A stretch of DNA of 64,000 nucleotides, taken from Centroscyllium fabricii. Its lineage: Eukaryota. The position numbers and the translations under genes were made by a program. Each line of letters begins with the position of its first letter. Within the stretch, counting starts at the first letter, position 1. Shown here one piece after another: positions 11,368-24,044 of this stretch. The stretch is from NCBI GenBank assembly GCA_051313645.2, contig JBNRSN020000024.1, positions 59,892,001-59,956,000 of the forward strand, given 5' to 3'. The notes beneath the pieces are model-generated. The model was given only the letters and a program-made list of their open reading frames with translations, did not search any database and was not told the origin of the DNA.

Positions 11368-13676
11368 TCGTGGGGATAAAATTAGTTTGCAGCCTGTGGA
11401 CCAATCCTGCCCGCTGGAAAATATTTCCCCTATCTTTTACCACCAGTTGATTGGGAGAGGGTTTCCTCTGTGCATTATGTGGAACCAACTGTTTATAAAG
11501 AACAAGTTTATGATTTTGCACATCGTGCACACTGTAATGTTTCCTCTATATGGTAACTGCAAACAGTTTAATGCAACATCAATTAATGTTTCATTAAAGT
11601 TTAAAATATTTTGCTAGGTGTTATTTTCAAAAATATCAATATTCAAGCAAAAGTATCACTGTGTCAACAGGAGTATTTTACATTTTTACCTACAAAAATA
11701 CAGTGGTTCATTTATTAAAGATTGATATTGTTCTTCATTCCAAACTGCTCTAAGAAACCTCCTTGTACATGAGGAGTGCTATAGAAATGTCAAATATTTC
11801 CGACAATTTGGTTTTATCTGCAGCTGCCTCATGAATGTAAATGTTACATTTCTGCTTAGTTGGGCTGACTGTGAAGTACAAGGACACTGTGCCTTGGCCG
11901 CATATCCACTGGGGATGAGTTTATGATTACAAGCTCGCTTGGGACTTTTATTAAAGAAAAGACTTTCAACCAATCTGTTTGGTCCAGATACAAAGCGAGG
12001 TCCCAGAGGGAAAGGGTCGATGTCACCCACTCCCTAAATAGGGGCAAGTCCTGGCTGATTGATGGGGTCAAGGATGCTCCTCTCCATATTAAACTTGACT
12101 TTACTGCAGAGGGAAGGCTCCAACTTGCCACTTGCTGGAGCAGTGGGAACTGTATCACTACAATCAAAGGTGGAGGCTTGTGAACAGAACAAAGTTGACG
12201 AAAAAAGCAACACTGCAGAGGAGAAAAAGAAAATCAGCACAACTTGCAAATGATTCAGTGAGCAAGCTACGAACACTAAAGTTTGGTACTTAAAGGGTTA
12301 CGGTTGGGTTTCCAATTTAGGGCACATTGGCTGCACGTCGTGATGTATTTTTCACCAGAGAAATTCTACATTTAAACAACTTCATTTCCAAGTGCAGCAC
12401 TAATTAGCTGCAGAATTAGTGAAGCTGAGTACCCCCATAGATCGAAAAAACCTCGAGGGAGGCTCCTGGATAGAGAATGTTGCATTTCCAATTATTTTGT
12501 TGAATTGCTAATTCAGTTATTGCACCAAGTGTAATTGTGATGGGTATTGGTGTGCAATTCAATTTGTTTTAAATATTTGTGGGACAGTCTGATTGGTAAT
12601 GACTCCGACCTATCCTCGTGGCCTAGATGAAGAATCAGACAACACAAACCGCTAAGACTCAATTTAATTTTTTTTTATTTTGATCTTTTCAATACTCTTG
12701 AGATCGAAGAAGTTACAAAGCCTTAAATTAGAAAACGTTACTACAATACTTTGATCCTCAGCTTTGCAAGAGCACAAGATTTTTTTTTACACTGTAATGC
12801 AACTAATTTCCAGGTTTCGCTCCCCCCTTCCCCGTCCAGTACCTTGGTGGTTTATCAATCTCCTGTCAAAGTTTAGAGTTGATCTGAAACCCAATTTTAC
12901 CCTCTCCTCCTTTCCTGCAGGTGCTGACTTTTATTAGGGTACAGTCCATGGTCACTGACACCTCACCCAAGTGGCTATTCACTCGAGACATTGACTGTCC
13001 ACCAGAATCATTGGAAAGCAAGCCAAAGTGGAACTGGGACCCCTGGCTAATTTCCCCTTCATAGCACAGAGACCAAGAATAGTGCCAACTAGAGCCCAGA
13101 CCAGTGTGCATTTTAGCTACTGAGTTACATAGCTTATCTCTGCTTCCATCAGTATCTCAATACTGTTTCTATTAAACCACATGGTGTATTATCTCAGTTA
13201 TTCTGTGTTGTTGTGACAGGATGTGCCAGCATTTCCATTGGGAAACAAGTCACACTGACCCTCAGTACAGATGTGTGTGTGGGCTTTTGTTTCTTTGCTT
13301 TTGCCATAAAGGAGAACAGCACTGGACTGTGCACGGCTTTCTGCTTCACAAACCGAGAAAGGCACGGACAGCCTCTCCTTCCATGCAATAGATGTTGGAT
13401 TGCACGTCAGCTGTGCATTGGCCTCCAGTTATTCTATAACCCATGGCCGACTTAGTGAGATGAAGTTCATGTTGCTCACAGAAAAACTCCTGCCATCCTG
13501 TCTGCTTTTGCTTCCAGATGCAGGTCTACATTTGAATTCACTGTATTCCATACCCTCCCACGGAGTGTGCAGAATTTGAACAGGACTACACCCGAACTCA
13601 GTCGACGGTAGTAGTTGTGAATGAGCCCACAGCACAAACCATGCCTCTCTCCCAGCTGGAACAGGAGCTGAGAGCG

Positions 13677-14050
13677 AGGGAAGATAGAGGTGCACAAGAT
13701 TATGACGGGTGTGGATAGGCTAGACGGGGAAAGGCTGTTCCCACTAGTTGATGGTACAAGGACTCGGGGACACAGATTTAAGGTTTTGGGCAAGAGATGC
13801 GGGGGGGGGGGGGGAACGTGAGGAAAAACTTTTTTACGCAGCGAGCGGTGATGACCTGGAATTTGCTGCTGGTGGAAGCGGAGACACTCGATGTTTTCAA
13901 GGGGAGACTGGATAGGCACTTGAGGGAAATAAACTTGCTGGGCTACAGGGATAGAGCGGGGGAATGGGACTGACTGGATTGCTCTGGAGAGCCGGCATGG
14001 ACTCGATGGGCCGAATGGCCTCCTTCTGTGCCGTTATGACTCTTGACTCT
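13677..14050 (+). mobile_element. CR1 3' fragment (different subfamily)
   Basis: Degenerate KIMTGVDRLDGERLFP...TRGHRFKV reading and GGGCCGAATGGCCTCCTTCTG 3' end. Confidence 0.85.
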
Positions 14051-15580
14051 GACAAGACATTGAATCGTGCCCAGCACAGAAGGAGGCCCTTTAGCCCATC
14101 ATGGTGGCTCTTTGAAAGAGCACATGAAGTAGGTTGGGTGAAGACTTGGGAGTTTTTCTGGAAAACATTTTTTTAAAAATTCATGCCCAACAGTTAGCCT
14201 CACTGCTTTCATGTGTAAAAAAATTACTTTAAAAAAAAAAGTATGGAATAAATAAAGTCAATTTTATTGTTCCAGTCACAGGATTGCATCTCAGAATTCT
14301 TTGGCTGAAAAATGTTGACCCACTGCTTCAACACAACAAATCACTTCCTTTGCCACTAATACATTTCATCACTTGTTCAACAGCCGGCGTGACTCCTCTC
14401 TCCTTCGTTTATGTGGGGCGGGTGCAATTCCTTTTGAGGAAAAATGACGGCTTTTCTCTACTTAATAAAATCTCAGCCGCACACAAGTTTGAAATGTGCA
14501 ATATCTCTGAGAATGCCATTTGTTGGCGGGGCCCGAATGCCACAGACCGTCCCATTTTATGTTGACAGGAATTTCACCCCTGAATTGCTCACCTCAAACC
14601 TTTCATCTGTTCTCACCATTCAAGAGAAACTCCAGGACAGTCGTAACGCTCATCATGAAAGAGCTTTGCTACACAGGTTAAAAATATAAACATTATTCCC
14701 TAGAAAAATAATGAATCAGAAGTACAAATGAAGCAGAGTAACAGGACTGTGATATTTAGAATTTATACCATGAGACCCAGAACATGATTTGCCGCCCACA
14801 TTTTATAGGTGAATTCTAGACTTGCACTAATCACACAGTAAAACTCTGGGGCCAACGCCTACAGTGACTGAAGAGTTTCAGACCTGTTTGGATACCGTAT
14901 AGTTTCCCACAGTCACACCATGGCACCTATTGTCCAGGATGGTTTATCACAGTTGAGGCTACGAGTGAAACTCCACATACCACAGCTCCCTAACAAACTG
15001 TTTATTAGGCACAATCGCCGGCTTACCAGGGCCACCACTGTGGAAGATCATGACAGGCAAGGAGAGGGCATTTTAATTGTGTTTTCTGCTCAAGGGCAGC
15101 GACTCCAATTGCATCCCAAATGACACCTCCAACTAATTCGATCACTCCAATAACTGCTCTCTCTCTGGCTCTCTCTCTGTCTGCCTTTTTCTCCCACAGT
15201 GTCTCCTGCACTAAGACCGGGGAATCCTATTTCGACCACATGAATCCTGGGGAGGTGACATCCCTATGCAGCAACCCCTGCTGGCGGGGAGGAGCAATGG
15301 GCCTCAGGAAGCGTTGATAACGGTTAATAAAAATAAAGCACCAAAAGCAAATATTACAAACTGCACCTCCATCAACAATACATGTGGCATTTAAAAATAT
15401 ATATAAACCTAACGACAAGTTAATCAGTGTGGGGCCATTCAGTGCACAGGGTACTCTGCTTCTGCGTCTGGGTTCTAATACATTAAAAAAATGTAATAAA
15501 TCATTTACAAAGCCCAATCAAAAATCCTTGGGTACTACTGCAAATAAAAGAGCTCTGTAAAATAGGTAATTAGTTATGAA

Positions 15581-15803
15581 ACAACAACAGAAAATGATGG
15601 AAAAACTTAGCAGGCCAGGCAACATCCGTGAAGAGAGAAATATAGAGTCGACGTTTCAGGTCGGGACCCCTTGTCTTGACCAAGGGTCCGGACCCGAAAC
15701 ATTGACTCTTTCTCTCTTCACGGATGTTGCTCGGGCCTGCTGAGTTTTTCCAGCATTTTCTGTTGTTATTTCTGATTTCCAGCATCTGCAGTATTTTGCC
15801 ATC
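15581..15803. mobile_element. Fold-back Penelope-like non-autonomous element with degenerate hammerhead cores
   Basis: Inverted arms of about 95 bp; GGGTC-CG-GACCC-GAAAC hairpin; 14-bp TSD TAATTAGTTATGAA (15567-15580 and 15804-15817). Confidence 0.75.
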
Positions 15804-15889
15804 TAATTAGTTATGAAGCTGCCTAGAATTGAATAAATGCAAGAAGTCACACAACACCAGGTTATATAGTCCAACAGTTTTATTTTAAA

Positions 15890-15927
15890 TCACAAGCTTT
15901 CGGAGCTTTTGCCCCTTCGTCAGGTGA
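15890..15927 (-). ncRNA. Minimal type I hammerhead ribozyme motif, same sense as ACACA
   Basis: UCAC-CUGACGA-A-GGGGC(AAAA)GCUCC-GAAA-GC-UU^GUGA. Confidence 0.65.
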
Positions 15928-16024
15928 AAGAGAGAGACTGACTTAAAGAACGCACATATGGGATGAAGGGAGAAATCCGATATCCCTTTGTCCCATATGT
16001 GCGTTCTTTAAGTCAGTCTCTCTT

Positions 16025-16062
16025 TCGCCTGAGGAAGGAGCAGAAGCTCCGAAAGCTTGTGA
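16025..16062 (+). ncRNA. Minimal type I hammerhead ribozyme motif
   Basis: UCGC-CUGAGGA-A-GGAGC(AGAA)GCUCC-GAAA-GC-UU^GUGA: stem I, catalytic core, stem II, palindromic AGCU stem III. Confidence 0.65.
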
Positions 16063-18609
16063 TTTAAAATAAAACTGTTGGACTATAATCTGGTGTTGTG
16101 TGACTTCTTGCATTTGTCCACCCCAGTCCAACACCTCCTCATCATAGAATTGAATAGTTGCTGTTTGCAGTTAAGATGATCAGACCGCGTTCAACAAGTG
16201 TCAAAAGAAATGGCACCTGGGAACATTTTTCAGTATTCTGGGCTCATCCGACTCGTTTCCAATACTGGGGAAGATTCGCTCTGAACACCAGGTGCAGCGA
16301 AATTGTAAACCCATCCTTTACAAATATATTTCTGATTTTGCTCCAATTGCTGCTCAGAGAAGACGTCAACCCAGTGTGCAAAAACATCAAAGTACCAAAT
16401 GCCAGCAGGCAGTCGTGAAACAGAGAACAGCACAGCTTCTTTTAGCTGCCTAAATAGGATGGTTGAAAAAAAGAGAGCCTGAAAAAAACAATTAGCGAAA
16501 GACAGAAATTATACCCTTCTGTCTGAACTGCCATCTTATTTTGTGCTAAGGCTCCAAATCTTTTGAGGCTCCCGAAATCTGAATATTCACTTTGTTTAGT
16601 GAAGGTATGAATCCCTCTGCTTTGTCCCCCGCTTCTCTGATCTCCCTAGTGTCTCACAGCTCCCTACAGTTGACCTGCACTTCCGTACTGCTCTGAACCG
16701 AGAGATAAGGAGCTGCACATGAAGACGAGTAATGACTCTTCGCTTTCCCTCTCGCCATCCTCTCTGAGCGGAGAGATCAAGGAGCTGCTCGCAGGTGGCC
16801 AGCCACGAGGCTCCTGCTTTTCTCTCTCTCCCTTATGTGGACGGAGCAGGTCAGGTGAGATCAGGAAATTGGGGGCACTGAACCTGGATGCTCTCCACTG
16901 CTACATCGCGGCCACTAAAGTTTGGCTCGCCTTCAATAGTTTGCGGCAGAAACAGAACTAGTTTGCGCAGTTGCACAAATTTTAAACGCAGCCAAGTAAA
17001 AAGGGGGAAAACTTAACTAATTGCTGGCCAATCTTTAGCAAGTCATTAACTGACTGCCCCGCCCAACATTCCTCTGAAACCTGCTCACAGGCCCTGGTTA
17101 TAGCTTATACAGCAGATCAAAATGCGAGCTCTTCCAGATCAAATTGTTTAGAGATGTTACACGTTGCAACTAAATATTTAGACTCTTACTAAATGTACAT
17201 TATTGCTTCCCCAAAGCTACACATTGCCCAGCTACTGAGGAATTTACTGTGGTGGAAAGTCCCTTATCTTAACATATGGACTAATGGTGAAATTCATTTA
17301 AAGCCACAAATTCTTGGTGCACTGTTCCTTTTAAGTCCTTTGGGATAACACAGAGGAAAGGGTTAAACTCCACATCACATCACTTCAGTTTATTAATGCT
17401 GAAGTGAATAACATTTCTTCTGGCGATTTAAGCATTGCTCCTCATATCTTCACCCTTGTGCATTCAAACCGCAGACACTTCCTTCCGCACCAGGGCCAAG
17501 GAGAAAATGCTGACACTTTTCTTTCACAGATTCCTCCTGACATTTCATTACTGCTATTATTCTCAGTTTGCTTGTTGGGTTTGGCAATTACCAGGCTTAT
17601 GGTAAAATATGGAAATTGTAATTTTCCCAGACTGCGAATCAGATTAAAATAGCCGGTGCCGATAATGGCCACGAGCTCCTCCTCCCTCCCCCTAAAACTG
17701 GTCCATCTGCACCAACCTCATTAGGATCCAGCTGTCAATCAGCCAGCCAACTGCACCATGAAAAGTCAAATTGTAACATAGTTGGGAACAAACTCTATCT
17801 GATGGCTTTGATTTTAATAGAAGAATCTCAAATACTCACATCTTCACCTGCTGGCATACATGCCTTTGAGGTTCATTAATGAAGAGTATGGGGCTCAACA
17901 TAACAGGCAGCCTTTTCACACCGTCATAATTCGCCCCTTCTGTCCCTGCATTTTTGCAGAACTCTGCCCAGAGACTTTGTCAATGGCAAGTTGGGGGGGC
18001 TTGGTGCAACCTCCACTTGGCTGTTTAACTGTTCTTTTAAGTCAGCTCCTGTTTAATTTTTTTTATTAATAAACTACAGCAGCAGTTCAGGTAGCTGCTT
18101 ATACAAAGTGTTAAATATTTCCACAAACCATTAGCATTCTACATCGATTGCAGAGTTAACTAGCACTGCCATCCACAATGTACTTACATGCCCTCCATGA
18201 GGTATGCTAACCGACAATTTATGCCTGCAAAAGAACCAAGGACTGTAGTGTACAGATTTGATTGCTGGCAGTTTGATAGAGACTTTATGAACCAGCAAAA
18301 AAACAAGCACTGTATCTTTACGGCATATTCAGTACCTTTCACAAGGACACGAGAGTTCAGAGTACAATTCAGTGCCAGGAATACATACATTTATATCACA
18401 TCACGATCTACATCTGGTTAAATTAAATTCCTCCTTATCTTATGTCTCGGGTGCAAATTATGAATTGTTAAAATTCCAACTGTGGGCCAGTGTCCATATT
18501 TCTGTGCTTGGGTTTCTGCACTCCATCATTCCTAATATCCTCGTCAGTGTGGCTGTTGTGATAGAACAGGCAGAGCTAGTGCCCCAGTCAGCTCACTGCA
18601 GACTCCAGT

Positions 18610-18736
18610 CTATGTTGAAGCAGGGGCATCCATTGTTGACAGAATGCGCACAATTTCAGCTCTCTGAGTGGGTGAGATGTGTTGGGTCATGTGAACAATC
18701 GAATCCATGGCAACTTCAGGATTGGCCTGCACCAGA
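18610..18736 (-). CDS. ACACA: ACACA last coding exon ([42 protein letters not shown])
   Basis: Translated by hand; nearly identical to the ACC1 C-terminus as I recall it; ttgcag|T acceptor; TAG at 18612-18610. Confidence 0.93.
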
Positions 18737-19493
18737 CTGCAAAGACAAGGTACAATCAGACCATTGATTTCCGTCATCTTAGTCATCATCTTCCGACTGG
18801 CAGCGTTACCAAATTAGACAGATAATTATGGGGGGGGGGGGGGGGGGGGGGAAACTTATTTGCTTACAATAGATTAAAACAAATTGGGCACACAAAATGT
18901 ACGATTATCTAATAGACAAAACTAGCAAAAGTACTGGGTGATATAATTTAAATCCAAGCACATTTGGAGCCCCGAAATCCTATAGAGCAACTGGGGACAA
19001 TTAAGTTTGAAGCATCTGTGCATTACACCAGAGCTGGGTGCTCTTAAAGGGCCATTGTCATCATACTGAGGATCCAGAAAAGCCAGGAACTGCCTCCTTC
19101 AATACCACTATTTAGCATCTGCTGTATTTGACCAGCGGGCTAAGTTCAGGATGCAGCCAGTATCATCTCTACAACTGCTGGCTGCTTTCACAATTTGATG
19201 TCAGATTTTAGTTTAACTTTGAAGCAGTTCTCAAATGCGGTGATGCACCACCCTCCCCAGATTGGGATGAGGTCTGTACATTGAGCGGAGGGTGGGGGCG
19301 TGGGTGCGGCGAGGACTAGAATCAATGCGCTTTTTCCAACTTGTGCTACAGTGATTCCTCCCGACTGTGTCCCGAGCTATCTCTCCGATTTTCTATTGCC
19401 CAATTTCTCACGATCTCTGTCCGAAATTTCCAGAGCCAGATAATCTGTTTTGGTGCTGTTGGTTGAGGGAGGAACACGAACCAGGCCACTGGG

Positions 19494-19807
19494 AGAATCA
19501 TAGAACCCCTACAGTGCAGATAGAGGCCATTTCAGCCCATCGAGCCTGCACCGACACATATCCCACCCTATCGCCGTAACCCCACATATTCAATCGCCCT
19601 AACATTAAGGGTCAATTTATCATGGCCAATCAACCAAACCCGCACATCTTTGGACTGTGGGAGGAAACCGGAGCACCCGGAGGAAACCCACGCAGACACG
19701 GGGAGAATGTGCAAACTCCACACAGATAGTTACCCGAGGCCGGATTTGAACCCGGGCCCCTGGCGCTGTGAAGCAACAGTGCTAACCACTATGCCACCGT
19801 GCCGCCC
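19494..19807 (-). mobile_element. HE1-type V-SINE with short (probably ancestral) CR1-derived tail
   Basis: tRNA head with A/B boxes, V-domain GTGTGGAGTTTGCACATTCTCCCCGTGTCTGCGTGGGTTTCCTCCGGG, tail ...CTGCACTGTAGGGGTTCTATGATTCT. Confidence 0.9.
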
Positions 19808-21002
19808 TAACTCTGTGCTCTTCTTCACACAGTGCCATGAGATCTCTTACATCTACTCAAACAAGCAGGCAGAGTCTCGGTTTAATGTTTCATCGGAACG
19901 ACAGCACCTCTGACAAAGCAGCACTCCCCCAGTACTACATTGAAGTCTCAGTCGAGATCAGGGGTTCCCAAACCGTGGCACGTGCACCCCTGGGGGTACG
20001 TAAGACATCTCTGGGGGGGGGGGGTTATGCGGAGAAACTGTCTAACGGTGGATTTTAAGTTGTATCTATTATAATTTGTACAATGCTTTGGCGTTAAAGA
20101 TTTAATCTATTAACCCTGTCTGCAGGGAGGGTTACACAGGCAGTTGGTAGATCTGGAAGGAGGTACGCAATAAGTAACCTCTGATCTCGATTATCTGCTA
20201 GGGTGGCGGCAAGTGGTGATCAGCGGGAGCTTTCCTTGGCCTTGATCGACCTGAAGCCATGAGACTTCTACGGGTTGGGATGGGGAAGAGAAAAAAGTAA
20301 TTAGGCAGCGTTTCCACTCCTCGTGATTGACCAACCTCCTGGCAGGGCGCATTTTGATTTACTCGTTCATGGGGCGTGGGCATCGCTGGCATTTAATGCC
20401 CATCGCTAATTGCCCTGGAGAAGGTGGTGGTGAGCCGCCTTCTTGAACTGCTGCAGTCCTTGTGGTGAAGTTGCTCCCACAGTGCTGACTTTGTCATTAA
20501 AACCTAGCTGGTTCAATAACGTCCTTTAGGGAACAAAACCACTACGACAAATGGTAGTTTCATGGTCACCATTACTGATGCTAGCTTTTTAAATTCCAAA
20601 TGTACTTTGATGAACTCCATTTAAATTGCCCCAGCTGCCTTGGTGGGATTTGAACTCCCGTCTCTGGATTACTAGTCCAGTAAAATAACCAGGATGCTAC
20701 CGTACCCCTACGGGTGCACTTGCGTGGATGTTGGGTGAGAAAGGGATGGGGTGCAGCTGTGTTGCAGCGGACCCCCCCCCACTCTCCCCTAACCCTGGTG
20801 TTGAGTAATCTGCTGACACTTACCATCCAGACTCGCACATTGAACAGTGGCTATTTGGGAGAGGTAGCAGAGGGTGTCTGGCACCCATGGAACTGTACCC
20901 CAGTGAGGAGTCAATGCCTTCAGGCCAGGACACAGAGAAAGCAATCGGCAGAGAAAAAAAACTGGACAGATCCAGATGTTTTTTTATTTGTTTAAAAAAA
21001 AA

Positions 21003-21127
21003 GACAATTGTAAGAAGTCACACAACACCAGGTTATAGTTCAACAGTTTTATTTGAAATCACAAGCTGATGTTGTGTGACTTCTTACAATTGTCCACCCC
21101 AGTCCAACACCGGCACCTCCACATCAT
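21003..21127. mobile_element. Internally deleted copy of the 15836 fold-back family
   Basis: Same arms (AAGAAGTCACACAACACCAGG...TGTTGTGTGACTTCTT) and GTCCACCCCAGTCCAACACC tail; flanked by the direct repeat A(n)GACAA. Confidence 0.75.
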
Positions 21128-22374
21128 AAAAAAAAGACAAATAGTGAACTTATACAAAGTGCATTAGATGACGGAGGGGCTATATCTCCAGAAAGATCTA
21201 CCAGCCAAGGACTACATTGCAGAAGGTGTTTCTTGGAGTTCAAGTCTGCAATTTCTGATTACAAAATGGATTTTTTAAATAGCTCCATCAGTGTAAGAAT
21301 ATCTTCAGATTGTTGGACAGCATTTAAAATTGGTCTGAGTCAAGTCAGTCTGCTTACTGCACCTGCCTGCACAGAACCCGTCAGCTGTGCATGTAGCCAT
21401 ATATGTGTGATAGTTAATACACACATGCACAGCCTAACTGAAAATTAATACCTTGCTGTGCGAGGCCCTGGGGAAAGAAAAAATATGCAAATCGCAGGGC
21501 CTTCCGAGACTCACTTGGAGACGTGCTGGATAAATCGCTTAGTTTGGGGAAACAGTTGATGGACAGTGTGTTTATCTTTGGACTGGCTGCACAGGGCTCC
21601 TGCCGAATGCACATTTTGTAGCACACAAAATGCTGAACATATTACAGCTTGTACAAGGGAAAGTCAGGAAAAGCACACAAGCTGGATTCCACTTGTTTAT
21701 GCAGATACGAGGATGTAGAGGTCCCACGTATATATAGAGTTGTTGGAGCTGAGGGGGGAGGGGAAGACATGCCCTTCTCATCCTCACCCCTTTAGCTCGA
21801 TAGCTGCACCATTGGCTGCTGTCAGGTATCAAGTACATCTCAGAAATGCATTAACTGTACAACAGCAAACAAAGCCCTACAGCCCCAGACTCCATGGCTC
21901 TGCTGCCAGGATTTGGCTGATTTGCCTCCTCCTCATTTATCTTTGTTCCCCTCACACCACACTGTTCCCCACTGGAAAGAGTGGATTGACAACCAACTCC
22001 TAGGCCTCTGCCATTGCTGCTCGAGAACCAGCCGAGGGAAGCGAGAGAGTTTGGTTTACGCACGAAGGAGAAGTGAAGAATTGATCATTTCCCAATTCGC
22101 CCGTCCTCCCCCCGCCAAAAAAAACTAGTGGACCTCCTGTGGCATTGCCCATGCCGAGTTGGCGAATATAGTAAACGTTTGGGAAAGGTGTAGAGAGACA
22201 GCAGATAGCAGCAAAGTGCTTTTAGATTGGCTCAAAATTTCTCGGAACCAATCAAAGCACAGAATTTTTTTCTGGTACCTGTACTAATTTCTTTTGTGCT
22301 ACTTATTACTATTTAAAGTGTGATGTGCACTCTACACAAGGCTTTCAATATATTTATTAGAGATTTATAAACTG

Positions 22375-23240
22375 CAAGGTTGCGCACCGGAAAACCGGCA
22401 CGGGCGGGACCAGGCCCGTGCCGGGAAAGTGAAAAAACCGGCAGAATGAAGTCGGTCAGTGCGCATGCGCGCACCATGCAAAATGGCTGCGCGCATGCGC
22501 ACAACATTGGAAATGGCCGCCGAACGTCTTTGTGGAGTCTCAGCTGACGGCCAGGTATCAGGGTCTATGTTTTTGCGCTATTGACTAGTAGCTGTTGGGA
22601 ATTGGAATGAGCCTTCCCAAACTCGTTACATTTAAGGCTGCTAACGGCGAGTAAAAGGTGCCTGTATTGCTGCCTGCTCCAGAAGATTTGTCTCTTCCCC
22701 CTTTTCTGCTCCTGCTTTGTTTTGTTCTGTCATATATGAAGGCATGATTTTTGCTGCTGTAAAGATGTACAATTCGGACTAGTTTCCCATTTCCCTGTTG
22801 CCGAGAATCTGGTGATGTGAATGAGCGTTGAACCAGCCGAGTGCAAGATCGGGGTGGTGACTGGAAGTGAAATATAGTCGGAATCAGTGGGATGTTCTGG
22901 TTCTGTCTTTATTTCCAATGGGTATGAAGGGTGAATGTTGTGCCATTGTATAGTGGGATATGATGATAGCCGTCGCGCCCTGACGCCACGGCAGCCGTTT
23001 TGAATGATCTGCGCATGCGCTAGCCGTCCGGCGACGCATGCACAGATCATTCAAAACACCCGGCAGCCGTTTTGAATGATCTGCGCATGCGCTCGCCGTT
23101 CGGCGGCGCATGCGCAGATCATTCGCCAAAGCCGCGATCGCGGCTGCCATCTTGCGCATGCGCAGTGCAGTCGGGGCAATTTGTTCCGGCAGACTGAAGC
23201 TGCCGGCGTTTCGGGTCACGGATTTTCGGTGCACAACCTG
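22375..23240. mobile_element. Tigger/pogo-like TIR element, family A, with unique interior
   Basis: TIR CA(A)GGTTGCGCACCG / CGGTGCACAACCTG-TA; both arms shared with 51339-52933. Confidence 0.8.
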
Positions 23241-23296
23241 TACCATTAATTTAAAAATAAGGAACAGTATTTGGGCAGTTTTGTAAAGCGTCTCAC

Positions 23297-23433
23297 CTTC
23301 GGATCTGTTTGAGAATATAATCTCTGCTGATGTACTTGATGTTCTCATCAATGACTGAACGAGCTCCTTCCTCCTCCAGCAGTTGCTTCTCCAGCCAGTC
23401 TACCACGTCCTTATTGTCATCCCACAGATAGGC
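23297..23433 (-). CDS. ACACA: ACACA penultimate coding exon ([45 protein letters not shown])
   Basis: Translated by hand (absent from the ORF track); ttctag|GCC ... AG|gtgag; 137 nt. Confidence 0.93.
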
Positions 23434-24044
23434 CTAGAAGTGAAGAGCATTGTTAGCACTCATGTGCTGCCAAAAGTGAATGGAAATCTTCAGGTGCAAA
23501 TCTGGTGATGTTAAAATGGAACGTCATGACAGTAATAATGCATGGAGCCTGCTAATATTGCCACTGGCTTTTATCCAGTTCAGATAGTTGATCTGGTGGA
23601 CATTCTGGAAGTTAACCTAAGTTTATCTAAGCTTCTTTAAATTTAAATAAAGGTCTTGAGGCTTATTCTAGTACTCGTGAACTGTGAGGCCACATCTAGT
23701 AGCTGAAAGAACACATGATCATATTTGTGAGGCAACGTAAAATCTCCCCGTGAAGGCCCCTGCTCTTCTTCGAAATAGTACCATGGGAGCTTTTACAGTC
23801 ACCCGAGAGAGCAGACGCGCACAAATTGACAAGTAAAGCATTTTCCTGACTCTTTTAAAATGGAATTATAAATGTGTTAAATGACTGTTTATTGCATCAT
23901 GATCTAGGAATCTGTCTCAATGTGGTTTGTAGCAATTACTGTACAGTAGACATTTCTCTAAAGAAGGCCAATGTGTTTAACTTCTTTGTGCAATAACAAG
24001 TTTGAGTTACTTTCCTGCATGGACTATTTTAATATATTAAACTA

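Larger units (their letters stand above)
15836..16144. mobile_element. Fold-back Penelope-like element with a hammerhead ribozyme motif in each arm
   Basis: Near-perfect palindrome of about 280 bp plus a 30-bp tail; 12-bp TSD TAGAATTGAATA (15824-15835 and 16145-16156). Confidence 0.8.
14240..18609 (-). other. Probable ACACA 3' UTR; end uncertain. Candidate AATAAA signals (minus strand) at 18062-18067, 17389-17394, 15001-15006 and 14263-14268
   Basis: Follows the stop codon, is repeat-poor and has U-rich tracts; the 14263 signal is followed on the minus strand by a CA and a T-run, as at a cleavage site. Confidence 0.45.

Noticed and set aside
12900-12940. Plus-strand acceptor-like CCTTTCCTGCAG|GT as a possible AATF terminal exon
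   Set aside because: No AATF-like peptide recognised downstream
18830-18850. Poly-G runs (also at 10561, 13801, 25420, 32935, 57707) as functional G-quadruplexes
   Set aside because: Simple homopolymers with no evidence of function; lengths are prone to sequencing error
22884-23351. 155-aa ORF overlapping an ACACA exon
   Set aside because: Off-frame read through the exon end and MITE hairpin repeats (LRMRRR / CACA patterns)
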